A stretch of 64,000 bases of DNA, taken from contig NW_019091359.1 in NCBI RefSeq assembly GCF_001949145.1, positions 400,021 to 464,020 on the forward strand. The letters are read 5' to 3'. The stretch comes from Acanthaster planci. Taxonomy: Eukaryota. Below the pieces are notes generated by a model. The model had not been told where the DNA came from. It was given only the letters and a program-made list of their open reading frames with translations, and searched no databases. This document shows, one piece after another, positions 27,451 to 40,905 of the stretch (the stretch's first letter is position 1; the number at the start of each line of letters is the position of its first letter). The position numbers and the translations under genes are program-made.

Positions 27451-30400
27451 AAATTGAGCGTTCATTGTAGTCTCATTTACTGCAACTAAGTCCGATCTAT
27501 TTGATGCCATTCTAATGTTGGTGAGCTTCTGCAATGCTCTTCCATGTAATTGACCTACCTTTCATCATCAATCGGGCCATTACACTTCTGCTACATGACC
27601 TACTTTATGGAACCCTTCTGTCATCAGATGCAAAGCTGGGTTACACATAGTTCAACAAAGGAAACAAAATACTCCACTGTTTCTACATCTACAAAGCCGC
27701 AGGTCCAATTACTTTCATCCCTGTGGAATAGAAAAGCCGATAATAAGATGGACTTATTTCATATAGTACATGTATATGGGCCACATAAGTACATGTATAT
27801 GGACCGGTTATTACACACAATGTAAGCAGCGGCTTGACGATTTGAACATTACTGAACTGGACATGAAGTTACATGTATCTTGGTAGAAAATGGGACAGTA
27901 CAGAGGTCAGTGCTTGCTTCAAATAAAATTGTTTAATCTCTGAAATCCACTGTTCCTAAGGGGCAATCCATTTTTCTTTTGTTTTCTCTAGTGCTACTCA
28001 AACAAGCAATTGTTTTTTTCCAGGCCATTTCACCGACTAAACTAAAAGGGAACGAACTGATGATTTCTGTGCTGAGTATTATCATCATTTTTAACTGTTG
28101 AAAAGCGAATAGGTCCTTAGGCCTATATCATAAGCCTATGCTCATCGTACAGTTTGTAAGCTCATGGGAAAAAAACGAAAATATAGGTGTTTCTTAAATA
28201 CAATTGGTTAATGATGAGCCCGAATTTCTATCGTTGTAGGATCTTTTAACTTACATGCCCCCTCTTGGGTTGCGTGGGTTCTTTCTTGGAAGGAAATAGA
28301 AGGAGGCTCAGAAGCCGGACTGAAAATAACGAAGTGAAAAATAAAGTGGTTAGATTCAGAGTATGTACAGGGAGAAAAATCATGAAATTATGCACCAGGG
28401 AGAACATTTCCACAGGAAAGGTGGATGAACTTGGCGCAACTTGTTAGCGGCTTCAATTCCTTCCCATCAGCTCATGTGCTTTGATAATTACTTGATATGA
28501 AGTAAACATTCAGCAACAGCATGCGCAAAGCGAGAAAAACGATCGGTTTGAAAGTGTCGGAGAGTTCTCAGAGTTTATTAGTGGTCATTTAAGGAACTCC
28601 CGTTAACAGCCGTGAAGCCCAAGTTACGAAGCCCTGTGCCGAACAACGCAGATTAAAATAAAATTCTTTGTTATTCTTTGTTAGTAGGCTGAACAGTAGA
28701 ACGGTTGATACCAGTAACTTGCAAAGAGACCTCGTGAACGTCAGCAACTAGTATATAGATGCATGAATAAACTCCTTTTCGTATTTGTTTGGCGTGCAAT
28801 GATTGCGTGGTCCATCTTACTGCCCAATTTGTCGCTAATTCCGTTATCTGTTCGTTGCCTTCTCTTTCTAATTCACGGTTATGGAATACTGTTTTAAAAC
28901 TAAGTAAAGGTGGAGATTTCGTCGACATTCGACCAATCGCGCAGAGCGAGCGGGCATTGTGCAGATCGGCCGATCGCGCATGTTGAAAGCGTTATCAGTA
29001 CATGCCGCGCTACGGTGGCCGATATTCGCCAATTCGTAGCGCACGAGACTTGCACAACGAACAGGCGAACTTCAGGCACCGCACTTTGAAATGTCTCTTA
29101 AGCAATGTACAAGGTAACATCACATCAGTGGGAAAAGTATGAACCGATTAATATCTTTAAGATACATCAGTGTTTGCCTATTGCTGTGCATAGATTGGGT
29201 GGGGACACTACATAACAGACACTAATAACGATAAGGTTGACCCATTAGTACATGGGTCATAATATTTTCAATACCGTTTTCAATTAGACCCTATAAAAAA
29301 CAAAAAAACAATATTTTTGAAGTTTAATATTTATCGTAACTCTTACGGGGCCTACGCTATTGTAATCGCTGGTGTTATGGACAGGTGGACTTGGGGTTTG
29401 GAACGTACCGGTAATCTTACTGCAAGCTCAGTCAACTCATGATGGTCAGTGGCCAAGGTTCGTCGAAAACAAATGTAACACAACCACGTTTTTAATAACA
29501 TAGGTATTTCGATAAACTGTCAGTTGAATTCAGTGGGCCATTAAAAAAAAATATTGGAGTTAATGGATCCTGTATAGAACTGCACATCCATATATTCAAG
29601 ATTGACTCTTCCCGCTTAGAAACCGCCCAGCAGTCCGTATCCAAAGCACCAATTAGGATACATGTTTCTCCCACGCGTACTCCACTTGGCTAATGCAGTC
29701 TCGTCTGGCCCACTAATAATGATAAATCTCCCGCCTAATTGACAGTCAGAGGTGTCGGAGTTTAAAAGCGACTTTTCTAGTGTGAGATTCAGGGACCTCA
29801 CGCCAGACGGGGCACGGCCGTGGCACATGTGGTTTCGGTTAGTATGTTTTCCCCCTGCACGGTCTTTTCTTTTTGGCGGTAACGCGGGATCCTTGTTTAA
29901 TTCCACGCCCCATAAATATTAACACGCTTTAATACCGTCTGCAGCATGCAGAGGAACCGCAGTCACCCTCAGAGTAATAAATTCGATGGACTGCTAAGGG
30001 GAGTCAGTGACCGTATAGCTTCAGCACATTTATCAAATTTTTTTTTCGTCTTTGAATTTCCCGCTCTTGTTTGATGTGGTTTGATCGATCGTGGAGGATG
30101 TGAGGATAAATTGTGAGGCCGATTCGTTTAGTTGTTAATTCAAAATAGGTCTCGGATTACACAGACGTCAGTTTCGTTGAGAAGCGAAGTAATGCTGATA
30201 TGACAAAAATTCCGCCTTTACCGTCAATGACAAGTGGATGCGAATGGCCACACGAAGTTTTTGTACTGTTTTTTTGGGGGGCAAAGTCGAAATGGAATTT
30301 CTTTGCTGGGAGTCAGGGGGTGAAAGGGCAAACTCTAAAACGTGCCATAAAAATATGAAAAACTTACCAATAAATGTACATTTGTCCCTATTCCTTGTTT

Positions 30401-31419
30401 ACGGTTACCTGTTTCAACGAGTTAATGTAGAGAATGCCCCTTCAACTGAGAAGGGGCAAGAGATTTTAATGCAGAGGTTTAATATTCTTACGAGCCTTTA
30501 GAACACTAACGAGAGGTCTCACAACCTTTTTTTTACTTCTTCGAGCTCTCGTTGGATGGATCCCATATAACCGACGACCAAAGCCATTCCGCACAGATAA
30601 ACCCACTCGACATCTACGCACCTCGACCATGGCTGAAAGCTACACCCACAATGCTTTGGTATTTGCTTCATGGAATTATGTAACACAGATTGCGGCGGTT
30701 ACCAGCGCTCTCTGGTATGGCGTTGGGTACGAGGGAATTGCCCGTCGCTAGTGACACTTTATCCCGTCAAATTGTAACAGCATGGGTACATTGGTATTAC
30801 ACACAACAGCCATGATTACATGAGTATCAATATGGAATGTTGACGGTCTCTAAGGTCAAGATTTGTTTTCCATAAAAAGTTTTTCTGTCAAGGTATAGTG
30901 TTAAATCGTGTCTTTTTCTTGTCCATTTTCTTGACGTGTACATCTCGACCTAGCCAGATCCATCATTTTTTTCTCAGGGCTTCGGTCATTTTTACCTGCC
31001 ACAGAGACTTAAGTTCACTTTGCATCCCGTGATGGCAATGGGACCCAACAAGCCACGAACACATTGACGGCATTTAAGGCAACTCCACCTGTTCAGATCC
31101 TCACGCTTGTCTACTACTCACTGACAAGAATGTGCACATCCGGTCTCGGAAATGGTCGAACAAGTCAAGGTCTGGCCACATCTTGGACAAAAACTATGAC
31201 AGTAATGGCGCCTGAAAGAGAGGGGGGAGCTGGTGTCTGTCGGATGGAGCAGAGAATGACGGGGGAAATCCGAGGGAAATTTACTCGGAGTGGTTTCCGG
31301 GGCCATGTTGTTTGGGGCTATAAAACTGGACAAGTTTGTTACTTGTGTTGATGGGTACATCACAGACCTCGCAGGAGCCCAGTAAACCCTTAAAGGGACA
31401 CTCATGGGCCAAAACAATA

Positions 31420-31910
31420 ACATATGTGATCCAAAGTAAAAGAAAAGGTCGGTCTTAGCTCAGAGTGAAATCTTATCTTTACGGTCAGGAAGACATGAAA
31501 TATATGGTGAAAAGGAAGAAGATGAAGGTGTATAGATTGTGCATATAGAGAGGAATGTAGAGATAAGGGTAAAGATTCTAATGACACAAAGAATACGAGG
31601 GAAATCAGGAATAGGCCTACTTTGATGAAAGTTGAAAGGGTTGTATAATGCAATTATGATGAGAATTAAGAGAAAAATAGGATTAGCTGACATGATAATA
31701 ACTGACTGTGATGTCTGATTATAAAACACGGGGTACATTGTATAATAATCTTGATAGCGATGAATCTCACAGAGATCAGGAGGGTGATTAACCTTTGATG
31801 TTTATGGATGACACTCGACGTTGATGATGACAACATAATGCAAGCATTATGCAGTATAGGCCTAATATTAACGAGGATTAAGAAGACTGATAAGGAGTGG
31901 GGATGGGTCA
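31420..31910 (+). repeat. Purine-rich low-complexity tract (degenerate simple repeat)
   Basis: Strong A/G skew with recurring GAT/GAA/AGG units and few C. Confidence 0.45.
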
Positions 31911-33072
31911 ATTATTCATTACTGATAATTACATAAAAATCCAGGCAGGAGTCGACTCTTTGACTGTTATGAAGAAACGTCATGGCTGAATTATTCTAAC
32001 CATCAATATACGCCCTTTCGACGGCAGATTTTTTTTTGCCATTTTTTTGCCATTGACTTTTTGCCATTCAAAAAGGGTCAACCCGTTCCTTCCTGTATGG
32101 TTCTTCGACTTTCATCTCTATAGCCTTACAAACGATTGCTTCAGTGGAAGAGTGGAGCATTTTTAACACTACACGAAGAACTTTGCACGCATGTACACTG
32201 TTCTAAAAGAAAAACTGATCCATGGTTCCATAACGATAACTCGCATAACCCAGATTGTACACTGCAAACAACTAAACACTTTCTCGCTATCACGGTTTGT
32301 GAACACGTTAATATTCTGAACATGTTTAGAATATTGACGGATATCGTTTATTAACTGACCATTGATGTTTGGAAAGCAGGTGCATTGTTAAGGAATAGGT
32401 TTTTGGGAGCAAGCTTGCCTTAACTTGCCACCTTCACGAAAAGCTTCAAATCTCATAATAAACACATTATATTTAGGATCCCATATTTACAAAGCGATAT
32501 GGCAAAATTGTGTTTCACGGTTGAACACAGCTTTTAGAATGTAGAGTGTATGCTGCCCGCTGTAAATCCTTTCAATTGGGGAACGTACAGGAGTTAAAAA
32601 CTCTGGCATTAAAAACAATATTCTGCTGTACTAAATCCTTCCTGACTCTCAAATCATTTAGCAATGATTCCTTCAGCTTGTTTTGGGCATTCCTTTGTTT
32701 CGACGGTCGATCATAAACTACAATCCTCCTCTATATGCCTGTAAAGGGAAGGGATAATGCGAAGGATTTGTCGTCCAGCGTGCCCCGACGGCAAGCCGCG
32801 CCGTCCAGTCTAGGAGAAGGCCCTGAAGGAATCATCACGGCCAACGCTGGAAATGGAAATTGTTTGAAGGGGACAAAAAAATTACCCGCGGCATGTCCAT
32901 CAACTGGTTATATTTCCTTCACCCAAAAGGGAAAGAATTAAGTATCATTTATAAGAAAAACGTCTTTAGGAATTGTGTCTGAAGGCGGGAATTTTTTTAA
33001 CACTGTTGAACCGTCTAAGTTCCTAAAGCAAGGCACGTTTCTAACTTAAACGGTAACACTTCGTGCATCAAG

Positions 33073-33250
33073 ATGGCTAACTCAGGTTGCAACATACGAC
33101 ATATTGGATCAGTGTTTTTCAGCATGAAGAAGGCCGTCATAAAATCACGTTTGATGAAGCTATAAGTGTGGTTTTAATGCATATCCGATGGCGATGTCAG
33201 CCGGCAAACGTGCATAGCGTTTTGCGGAATACATTTACAAAAATCTGTTG
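33073..33250 (+). pseudogene. Possible THAP relic
   Basis: MANSGCN..ISVFQ..VW..HSV-(F)CGIH-FTKIC across frames. Confidence 0.33.
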
Positions 33251-34884
33251 TAGGACAATTTCTAAGTTACATTTGGTGTGAAACAACATAACGTAAACGC
33301 TTTGACCAACCCTAGGGTCAAATTAATCAAATGATGTTATGACTAACGTATACTATAGCATTTTCCAAATGTTGAGAGTGTGTTTACACAAATTCTTCAC
33401 CGTAGTTCATGAAAATGTTGCCTGTATTTAATTTGGGCCTACTTGACTTGTTTACCAACGAATATGATATAGGTGCATGATTAATGTATTAGTGACAATT
33501 GATGGTTTCCTTTACCTCCACGAAACCAAGAACGTGGGACATATTTATCTTTCGGCGTTGACATCCATGTCTCCTCCCGCTGAACTTCGTCTTTTGCCAA
33601 ACAGAATTATAGGATCGGCTCTATCGACTGCAGAAACACGCTCTAACAGAAAAAAAAAATCCCATTTGAAAGCGATTGAAAACAGAATTAATATTTCATA
33701 TAAAAAAGGAATCCAAGAAGTCCGTTGAAGTTGAGAATTATTAAGTCATTGGCAAAACAGCGGATGAGATTTCTATCGCTCGTGTTTAATTATAGAAATT
33801 TCCCCTAGCTCTCAGCTGATTTTTTTATGTTTGTTCAAAACAACCGAAAATCGACGCACGAAGAAATATTAGTCCCAGTGTGCCTTTGGACCCACACTCG
33901 TAAAAGGGTCTACCCGCTGTCCTGCAGTAACTGTCTCGTTAAAAAGTTAATTAGGTGGGAGGGTTTACATTGCACTTGGTGTAAAAGGTGCAACTGAAGT
34001 GCCCAGTATAGAGTTATGTGCAGTCTCCAGCTAACGTGAAGACCTCAACCTATTTGGCTGCAGACAAGCTACAAACGAAGGACCTGAAACTCTGCGGTAC
34101 CATCCACCTGCTCATGTTATCGTTCCGGCTGGCAGAAGGATACATTTCTTAAAGATATACTATGTATACTTTGGTTATGTATTTCAGAAAGACGCTGCAT
34201 TTTCCACTGGCTCACAAATTCTAGTGATGGTGGCGTGAAACTTCGTCTTCGGTATGTTAAGCTTATACGAGAATTGCAAATATTATGTTTCCGAGAGGGG
34301 TAAGGCCAGGACGTTCGTTTACATCAGAGAGGGAGACGTTGGATTTACAGGGGCATGTTCAGTTCCCCTATCTGAACAAAAACATCATGTCAACTGCAAT
34401 GTGTCTGGCTGGAACGCCCCCAGGCGGCCTCACAAATCGCTTGCAGATTGGGGAAGTAGTCACCGAACGCACATTTTGCAGGAAACTGTAAGTAAGAAAG
34501 AAAAATGAATTTCCTCCCCCAAACAGACTGACAGATGAACTGTCTGATGAGAGCGGACAGATCATCATTCAGCTGGCCGGACCCCGGAAAAGCCCAACGG
34601 TGGAAAACAAGGCGTTCGGTTTCACGTGTTGCGAATTACGCGCGAACGCGCCTGCACAGATTGCGTTATCTCCTGTCAAGTTGTCCGAAAATATTGCGCT
34701 ATATATACAGTTCATATTTGGATCTCCGATCAGTCATCAACCAAACACAAAATGCAGCAATAAGCATTGTGGCCATTTTGCCTCTGCAGTAGTCATGTGC
34801 GGCCAAAGACCCCAAAACTTGACATCTTGACAGGAGACGGCAAAGTTATGCCAATCGTGTAGACGAACTGAGCCTTTCGCATAA

Positions 34885-35063
34885 AGCCCACATCCGCGGT
34901 AGTTGACGTTCAGCATATACTTGTAAGAAGGTACTTGACATATTTGACACGAACAAAAATGGTTTTGGTATATGACTGTCATTTCTTGCTCTCCCGTTTC
35001 CAATGACCCCATACCGGTTTTCATTTTTGAGCACAGTAATCGCTTACAGCAATGCTTCCCCAT
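34885..35063 (-). pseudogene. Frameshifted THAP relic (KHCC...RY...PKP type)
   Basis: MGKHCCKRLLC (ORF 34737-35099) shifts into KNENRY..HIPKPF (ORF 34846-35034), then RGCG. The CxxHF motif was not found. Confidence 0.5.
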
Positions 35064-35714
35064 ACTAAAATTATTACCATGGGTGGCATTTTGTTCCAAA
35101 TCTTGGGAAGTTTTCGAAGTTAACTACATCGGTGGTGACCTTATTTCAGTCCTACTCTAGAGGGCGTGCTGCTAAGTCATCAATTCCACGTGATCGCCTT
35201 TTTTTTATAAATTCGAACAGGATAAATAAAACCAGTCGACAAAAATTTGCCTTCGAAATTATTGCAATGCCCGTCAAGAGTTTGTCAATTATGAACAGTT
35301 ACCAAACAATACCTATAGCTTATAGGCTAAAAATACACCTGCCAAATTGACGATTCTGAAAACGTGCATGACTCTATCTCTGACCTATTTACAGGGCTTT
35401 GATCGAACTAGGTTAATGTGTTGCTTGTCTATGGCGGATACACACGTGCAACAAAGCCCGGAATCTGTCTCGTCAACCGGCCTAGGCACTTCGCATTGCT
35501 CGTCCCTTGTCCAAAGCTGTTGACTAACCACTAACTTTGGGAAAGCTCTATTACACACAGTTATACCAACATTGACGGGCTTCCCATTAAAACAATTATG
35601 AAACCAGCTAAGCCACAGTGTATTAAATGTGCCCGTATAAAATTAACTGGTCTTCCCAAGCGCATTGGTGATGTGCTCTGAAATGTCTGTACATTGGTTC
35701 GCCAAAACGCTTTG

Positions 35715-35894
35715 ATCAAAGAATTGAAGCGAGAAGTGACTGCAAACGACACGACGCGGAGTTGGCATCAGGAGAAAGTCATTTGAATTTCTTCTAATGC
35801 GAAAACTGGGCCATCTCCATAAGTGCGGCGTTGTTAACTTGTTCTGATGGCTTCCCATACTTCTGTTGAAGTAACCTGCACAGACATTCGTCAA
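35715..35894 (-). pseudogene. THAP zinc-finger relic, near in-frame
   Basis: ORF 35643-35894 reads NVCAG..SH..PHLWRW..IRR..DF..PT..RVVCSHF..FF, retaining the C, W, IRR, PT and VCS-HF landmarks in one frame. Confidence 0.62.
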
Positions 35895-37741
35895 TTAAGG
35901 AGTCACGTATTTTGAACTTGTTGCATTCCATCACAACCGTCAACATGCAGAAATTCTGGTATTGTCGCATTTTAAAATGTCTGGGTTTTGAATTGGATCA
36001 CATGCGGGGGTCGTTTATGGTTTTCTTTTCTTTTTTTTGTATTTTCACAGAGAGTGTGAATATTCATTTCAGAAAAATATAATTTTAGAAATATAGGTCT
36101 ATTGCATACAGGATGGTATTGTGTCTGATATTCACTACCAATACACGCACAAGTCTATTCATGGGTGATCTTACAGAGCAATGGATGACAACCAGCTTGC
36201 CGAAGAAGTTTCTTCCCTGAAAAAAAGGTATTCTGTCAGCTCTATCTATTAACAAAAAACTGCGACTGGAAGATTAAGAAGAATGGCATAGGCAGAGCTG
36301 GAAAGGAGCCGACCGGCAGAATCGGCCTTCTTGAACTTTGTCTGCAATTAAGGAGTAGCTCAACCGCAGGAGCAGCAATTTGGGCGGCAGTTGCCCGGGC
36401 AACCTCCCCGAAAATGTCGGCAAAGTCCGGAGACGAGAGGGCGTGGAAAATACCTAGAAGTGGGTCAGTCCAATATCCTCTCGTAATTAGCCCGACACAC
36501 GGCCGCATTGTTCAAGGCATCGCACCAGGGAGAAATTAAGAACACATTTTGTGCTTCACGGTAAGTAGGCCGGGGGGCAAATTTCATATCGATAAATACC
36601 CTTTAGACCGATCTTCCGTAACAAGAAAAGAAATGGTTAATTGCGATGATAAAGGTTGGCATGTGGGATATTTTCGTTTAGTTTTTCGAGTGCTGAATCT
36701 CACATATTCATTATTACTGCGGACGTTTGTGCATATAATGCTCATAGGGAATTTATTCATTGTTTTTGATACGAAGGATAGTGTGAGACGTTCTGACCAT
36801 GAATAGGCTGTGCGAGTTAAAACACTATAAAATTCTGCTGGGATGTTTCTGTAAAAACCAAATCATGATTTAGATCAGTCATTAAACGGTAACATTTTTA
36901 AAGTGTTACACGATAAAGAAATGGATAAATTCTATGTTTTCCAATTGTGCCGTGGTTATTATGCAATTTGTTATAGGTTTTTTTTTCTGACTTTTTATAT
37001 TATGATTTGGAAAGAAGGTAAAAGTAACAGCAAATTGGTAATATTGTCCGTGAAGACATACCTACTTCGATCTACCGAACTGCTGAAAAATTACATCCAC
37101 ACATCGAAAAACAAATGCGAAAAACTGGATATCATCTAATTTACTTATTAGTATTTACATGTATTTCAATAAGCTATGCTTTAATCAGCCGAACTGCACT
37201 GGAGGACAGGACAGGCAAATGCGAAGGCGTACAATAATCTGACAAAAGGGTTGCACATTCTGATTACCCGTGATATACATCAAAAATGAAAAAAAAAAAA
37301 ACTAGACAGGAGTGCAAGAATTTGTCCACCGATACATGTACAACTGATTTTTTTCCTTTCATAAAAGATGACTTAGGGTTTCCTTTGTTGCCATGTGAAT
37401 GGCGGCCGGAGATCAGACGTTAGTTTTGAGGTTATTCTTTTGAGGTTTGAGTTTCTTGCTTTTAAATTTAGATAGGCTTATGTCAAAACGTGTACTGAAT
37501 CCATTGGCGCACCAACTAATGGTTGTATCTGGGAGCATTGAGACTATCCACCACAGCCAGAGAGGATAAACGACCGGTGAATCATTTCCAATCCCAACAT
37601 TACCGCTATATCACTTCTTCCATCATTTCTCTGACCGTATAGGAAAACGGATCATAGAAATGCAGTCACAGTGAAAGTCCACGTCTTTTGCTGGGTTAAT
37701 CCTTCCCTGTCAACGGCCCGGCCCAGTCTGAATCTCCCTGA

Positions 37742-37778
37742 GCGAGCTCTCGCCGGAACGACCCGGTTGAGAGCTTGC
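37742..37778. repeat. GC-rich hairpin
   Basis: gcgagctctcgccgg-aacgac-ccggttgagagcttgc: about 15-bp stem with G-U pairs and one bulge. Confidence 0.6.
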
Positions 37779-40675
37779 AATGGCCGGCCGCTTCACTAAA
37801 GCCTACAGGCGCCTATCTGTCTGGCGATCAACCCTCACCACAGCGTCATTTAAGCCGCAATATTAATACCTGGTAGTTTTAATATTTTTTCCCCAGGTTT
37901 TCCAGGACTTTTTAAGATAACACACGGGAAGGAAAGACAATAACCGTGGCAGCGCAGGGCAGCAATTCACCGACAGATTCATCATGGGCATGACCATTGG
38001 CCAGACATGCATCACGGACCAGACGAAATGTGGGGACGGATCTTGGAGCGAAAATCTGACTGCACACAATTGATTTGAGACCCTTACTAGAATCACGCAC
38101 GGAAATTGCATTCACATGGCAGATATTTCGTTTCAGGTGAATTTGATGGTAATCCTGTGACACTATTAATTCTTTTTTGTGCTTTTTTCTAAGAATGCAT
38201 TTCTCACCCTCTTCCAAGTTACAAAGTAGGCGATCAAATTACAACATGCTTATTAATATCTGAACGTAAGAATTTTTTATTCGTGTGGCATCATAATAAT
38301 ATATAATATATGAATATATGATATTAAATAAGCCTATATACAGCGCAGAATGTTCAGCCAATACAACTCTGTGTGCAGAGAGATTGTAGTCCTCTTATCA
38401 GAAATCTTCGAAATATTGTAATAATTCCATATTTGACATTCTGTCTCGAATTCCAATAGCAGATGACGTATAGGCCAATTCGTTGTTATTTTGTTACATA
38501 TTACTCATTCTATACATATTAACGTTATGACGTGATTCTACGTACGCGTTTGAAAAATATACATGTAGCCAATAAATAGGGCTCAACAGAGGGCGCTCTG
38601 AATAAACATGCTCGCCTCTTTTTCAAAAGCAGTGGAAATTTCCCGACTATGTTCCAAACTGTCTATTGTAATTCAACCAGGCTTTGAAGACGGCTCTTTG
38701 AGGTTCCAGTTTAAAGTCTTCACAGATAGATGTGCCTTTTTGCATGTCATAGGTATAGGTTTATCTTTTGTAGGTTTTGCAGCTTTTGTCAATTTAAAGA
38801 TTACCCCCAAAGGACTGTGTAATAAACCCACTCTGATTGAGCTACCCCTCCGTTTTAATCCTCTTTGTAAGAATGGGATGACAAGCGTGCGCTTTTACAA
38901 TGATAAACTGATTAGGTTGTGTTATCAATGGGGGTCCCTTAAGATATCGTCGAGTTGCCACCACAGAGGCCGTGAGCACACAAAGACGGATAATTCCGGC
39001 CTTTTTGTCTCTCTCTTGTCTTAATGAACCAGGCCGTGTCCTGCGTTGCCACAGCAACCATACTTAAGCCCCAAGCTGCCCAATTAAAATCTCCAGGACG
39101 ACCCGATGCACCGGGTATCTTGTACTTTTCTCCCCTACCAGTGCTAATGGAGCGCATCTGCACGCATTGATGTCAACTGTTGAATTTGGACGGGTGAAGA
39201 GGACACGAACACCGCGGGAATCGGGGCTCTGCGCTGGCCAGGGCAAACTCGACCGTCCTGCCTCTCTCTGTCTTATCTTTTAGTACCTCTCGTTGAAATG
39301 CAATCCCTGGGAAAAAAGTCAGGTCTTTTCGTCGGTTAAAAAACGGGAGCAAACACGCCACCAGAGCGCTCGGCAAACACCCCCCTGTTTAGATAGAACT
39401 TGACTGATCAATGACCGAAAATATCCAGAGTGTTGATGGGTAGTTTGGGGGCGGGGAACGGTATGAAGCAAGGACGAGAATGAAAGGAGGAGAGCTGGGA
39501 GGATTTTAGTCCACCCCAAATGCTATCGAGCGCCCCTGCCCATCTTCGGTCAATCGCTCCTGAAGTAAGGTTGGACGCAGGTACTTTAGATTTGAAAATA
39601 TTTCAAGTAAACGAGTTCACAAGGGAACAAGATAGGTGATGCATGGAAAGAAACTTCAGATTAAAGACATTTCAATACAAAGGAATAAACAAAGACAGGA
39701 AAGGATTGCAACTGTAACTGACGAATATAGTATTTCGCAATGAAATAGGAAGAGAAAGAAAAAGTGTTTGGATTTTAATTTGAAATCATTTAAAGTAGTT
39801 TCCCCAAAAACCTGATCTTTTTTCATCTCATATAGTGTTTGTTAGAATATAAGAAACCGTAAATAAAAATGTTTAAAATAAAAGGTAGCTGTCTTTTCGC
39901 AGATGGCCCCGTCGTTTTTGAGAATTCAGTGAAAGCTATGCAAATAATTCTAGAAGCAGAAATGGCATCTGCGAAATGTCCAGCGTACACGAATTCATGA
40001 ATTCATTCATTAATTTATCATCATGTCATTTGTGTACGTCCAAGTACAACCGGAGTCCCACATCCATCATATTGCTGTAGATTGTGGTACTGCCGCACAC
40101 CTACCGTCGTCCCGTCCTTGACAGTTGTTCATTGCCATATCAGCGCCAGTCTAATTTCGACATAGCACCATGTCACAATTGCATGGAGTTATGTTGTATC
40201 TTAACTATACTTCGTGAAAGGTTTTCCTACTTTCGTTTTCAGTTGTTTGTGGGATAAAAATATTAAAAGTGAATCAAGTCCTTCAAAGTTTTCAACCCAG
40301 TAGGCCTATTTACATTTTCATTAAAAAGTTTGAGCACATGCAAAACAAAAAGACTTGCAGTTTGTCTACTTTTTGTCTACCGTTTTTATTATTTTATCTC
40401 GTCTATGGAAGTCTGTCAAACTTTTAAATTGAAAGTGGATTTCAGGCTAGAAGAGAAAGACTGAAGAATCTGGATTTTTTTTTGCAATGTACATGTTACA
40501 ATAGCTTTTTGTTCTCTGTTTTACACCTAATGTGGGTTTGTTCTGTGACCCTTTCAATATGGGTCTTTATATAATCAATCGGTTGTTCTGGGATAATTAC
40601 CGGTAGACAATCTGCATTGGTAATCCAAGAAAATGCAATATATTTGACACAAATATACAAGCCTCATCCCCTGGT

Positions 40676-40905
40676 CTTCAAACGAATCACGTCTTTATGA
40701 AAGTGATCCCCCGCATGTGCTTGATAGTCCCACGTCATGTTTGTGGCAACTTCACCCCGCGGATTTTGAGACAGTGTCGGTGATGTTTCAGGGCCATTTG
40801 ATTTCTGGCCCGAGCAGTCGTACAACTTTGTACACGGAACAGGAAACGAATGGCAGTATATTCGTGCATTCGTGCTTAGGAATAAAGAGCTCTTACAGAG
40901 CAATT
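40676..40905 (-). pseudogene. THAP zinc-finger relic
   Basis: HSFP and GDHFHKD..RLK lie in one frame (ORF 40664-40903). NCSVR and IKWP*NI lie in adjacent frames, in THAP order. Confidence 0.58.

Noticed and set aside
27910..27920. GTGCTTGCTTC, like the U6 snRNA 5' end
   Set aside because: Only 11 nt match and the similarity does not continue.
31017..31085. Possible CR1/L2 ORF2 C-terminus (..TLTAFKA)
   Set aside because: The diagnostic WNxLP motif is absent; too weak to call.
34343..34493. Candidate exon ending at a GTAAGT donor (other strong donors at ~879, 1677, 4953 and 36561)
   Set aside because: No consistent coding chain could be built, and isolated splice motifs are expected by chance.
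40163..40172. TAGCACCATG, like the miR-29 family 5' end
   Set aside because: No complementary arm at pre-miRNA distance.
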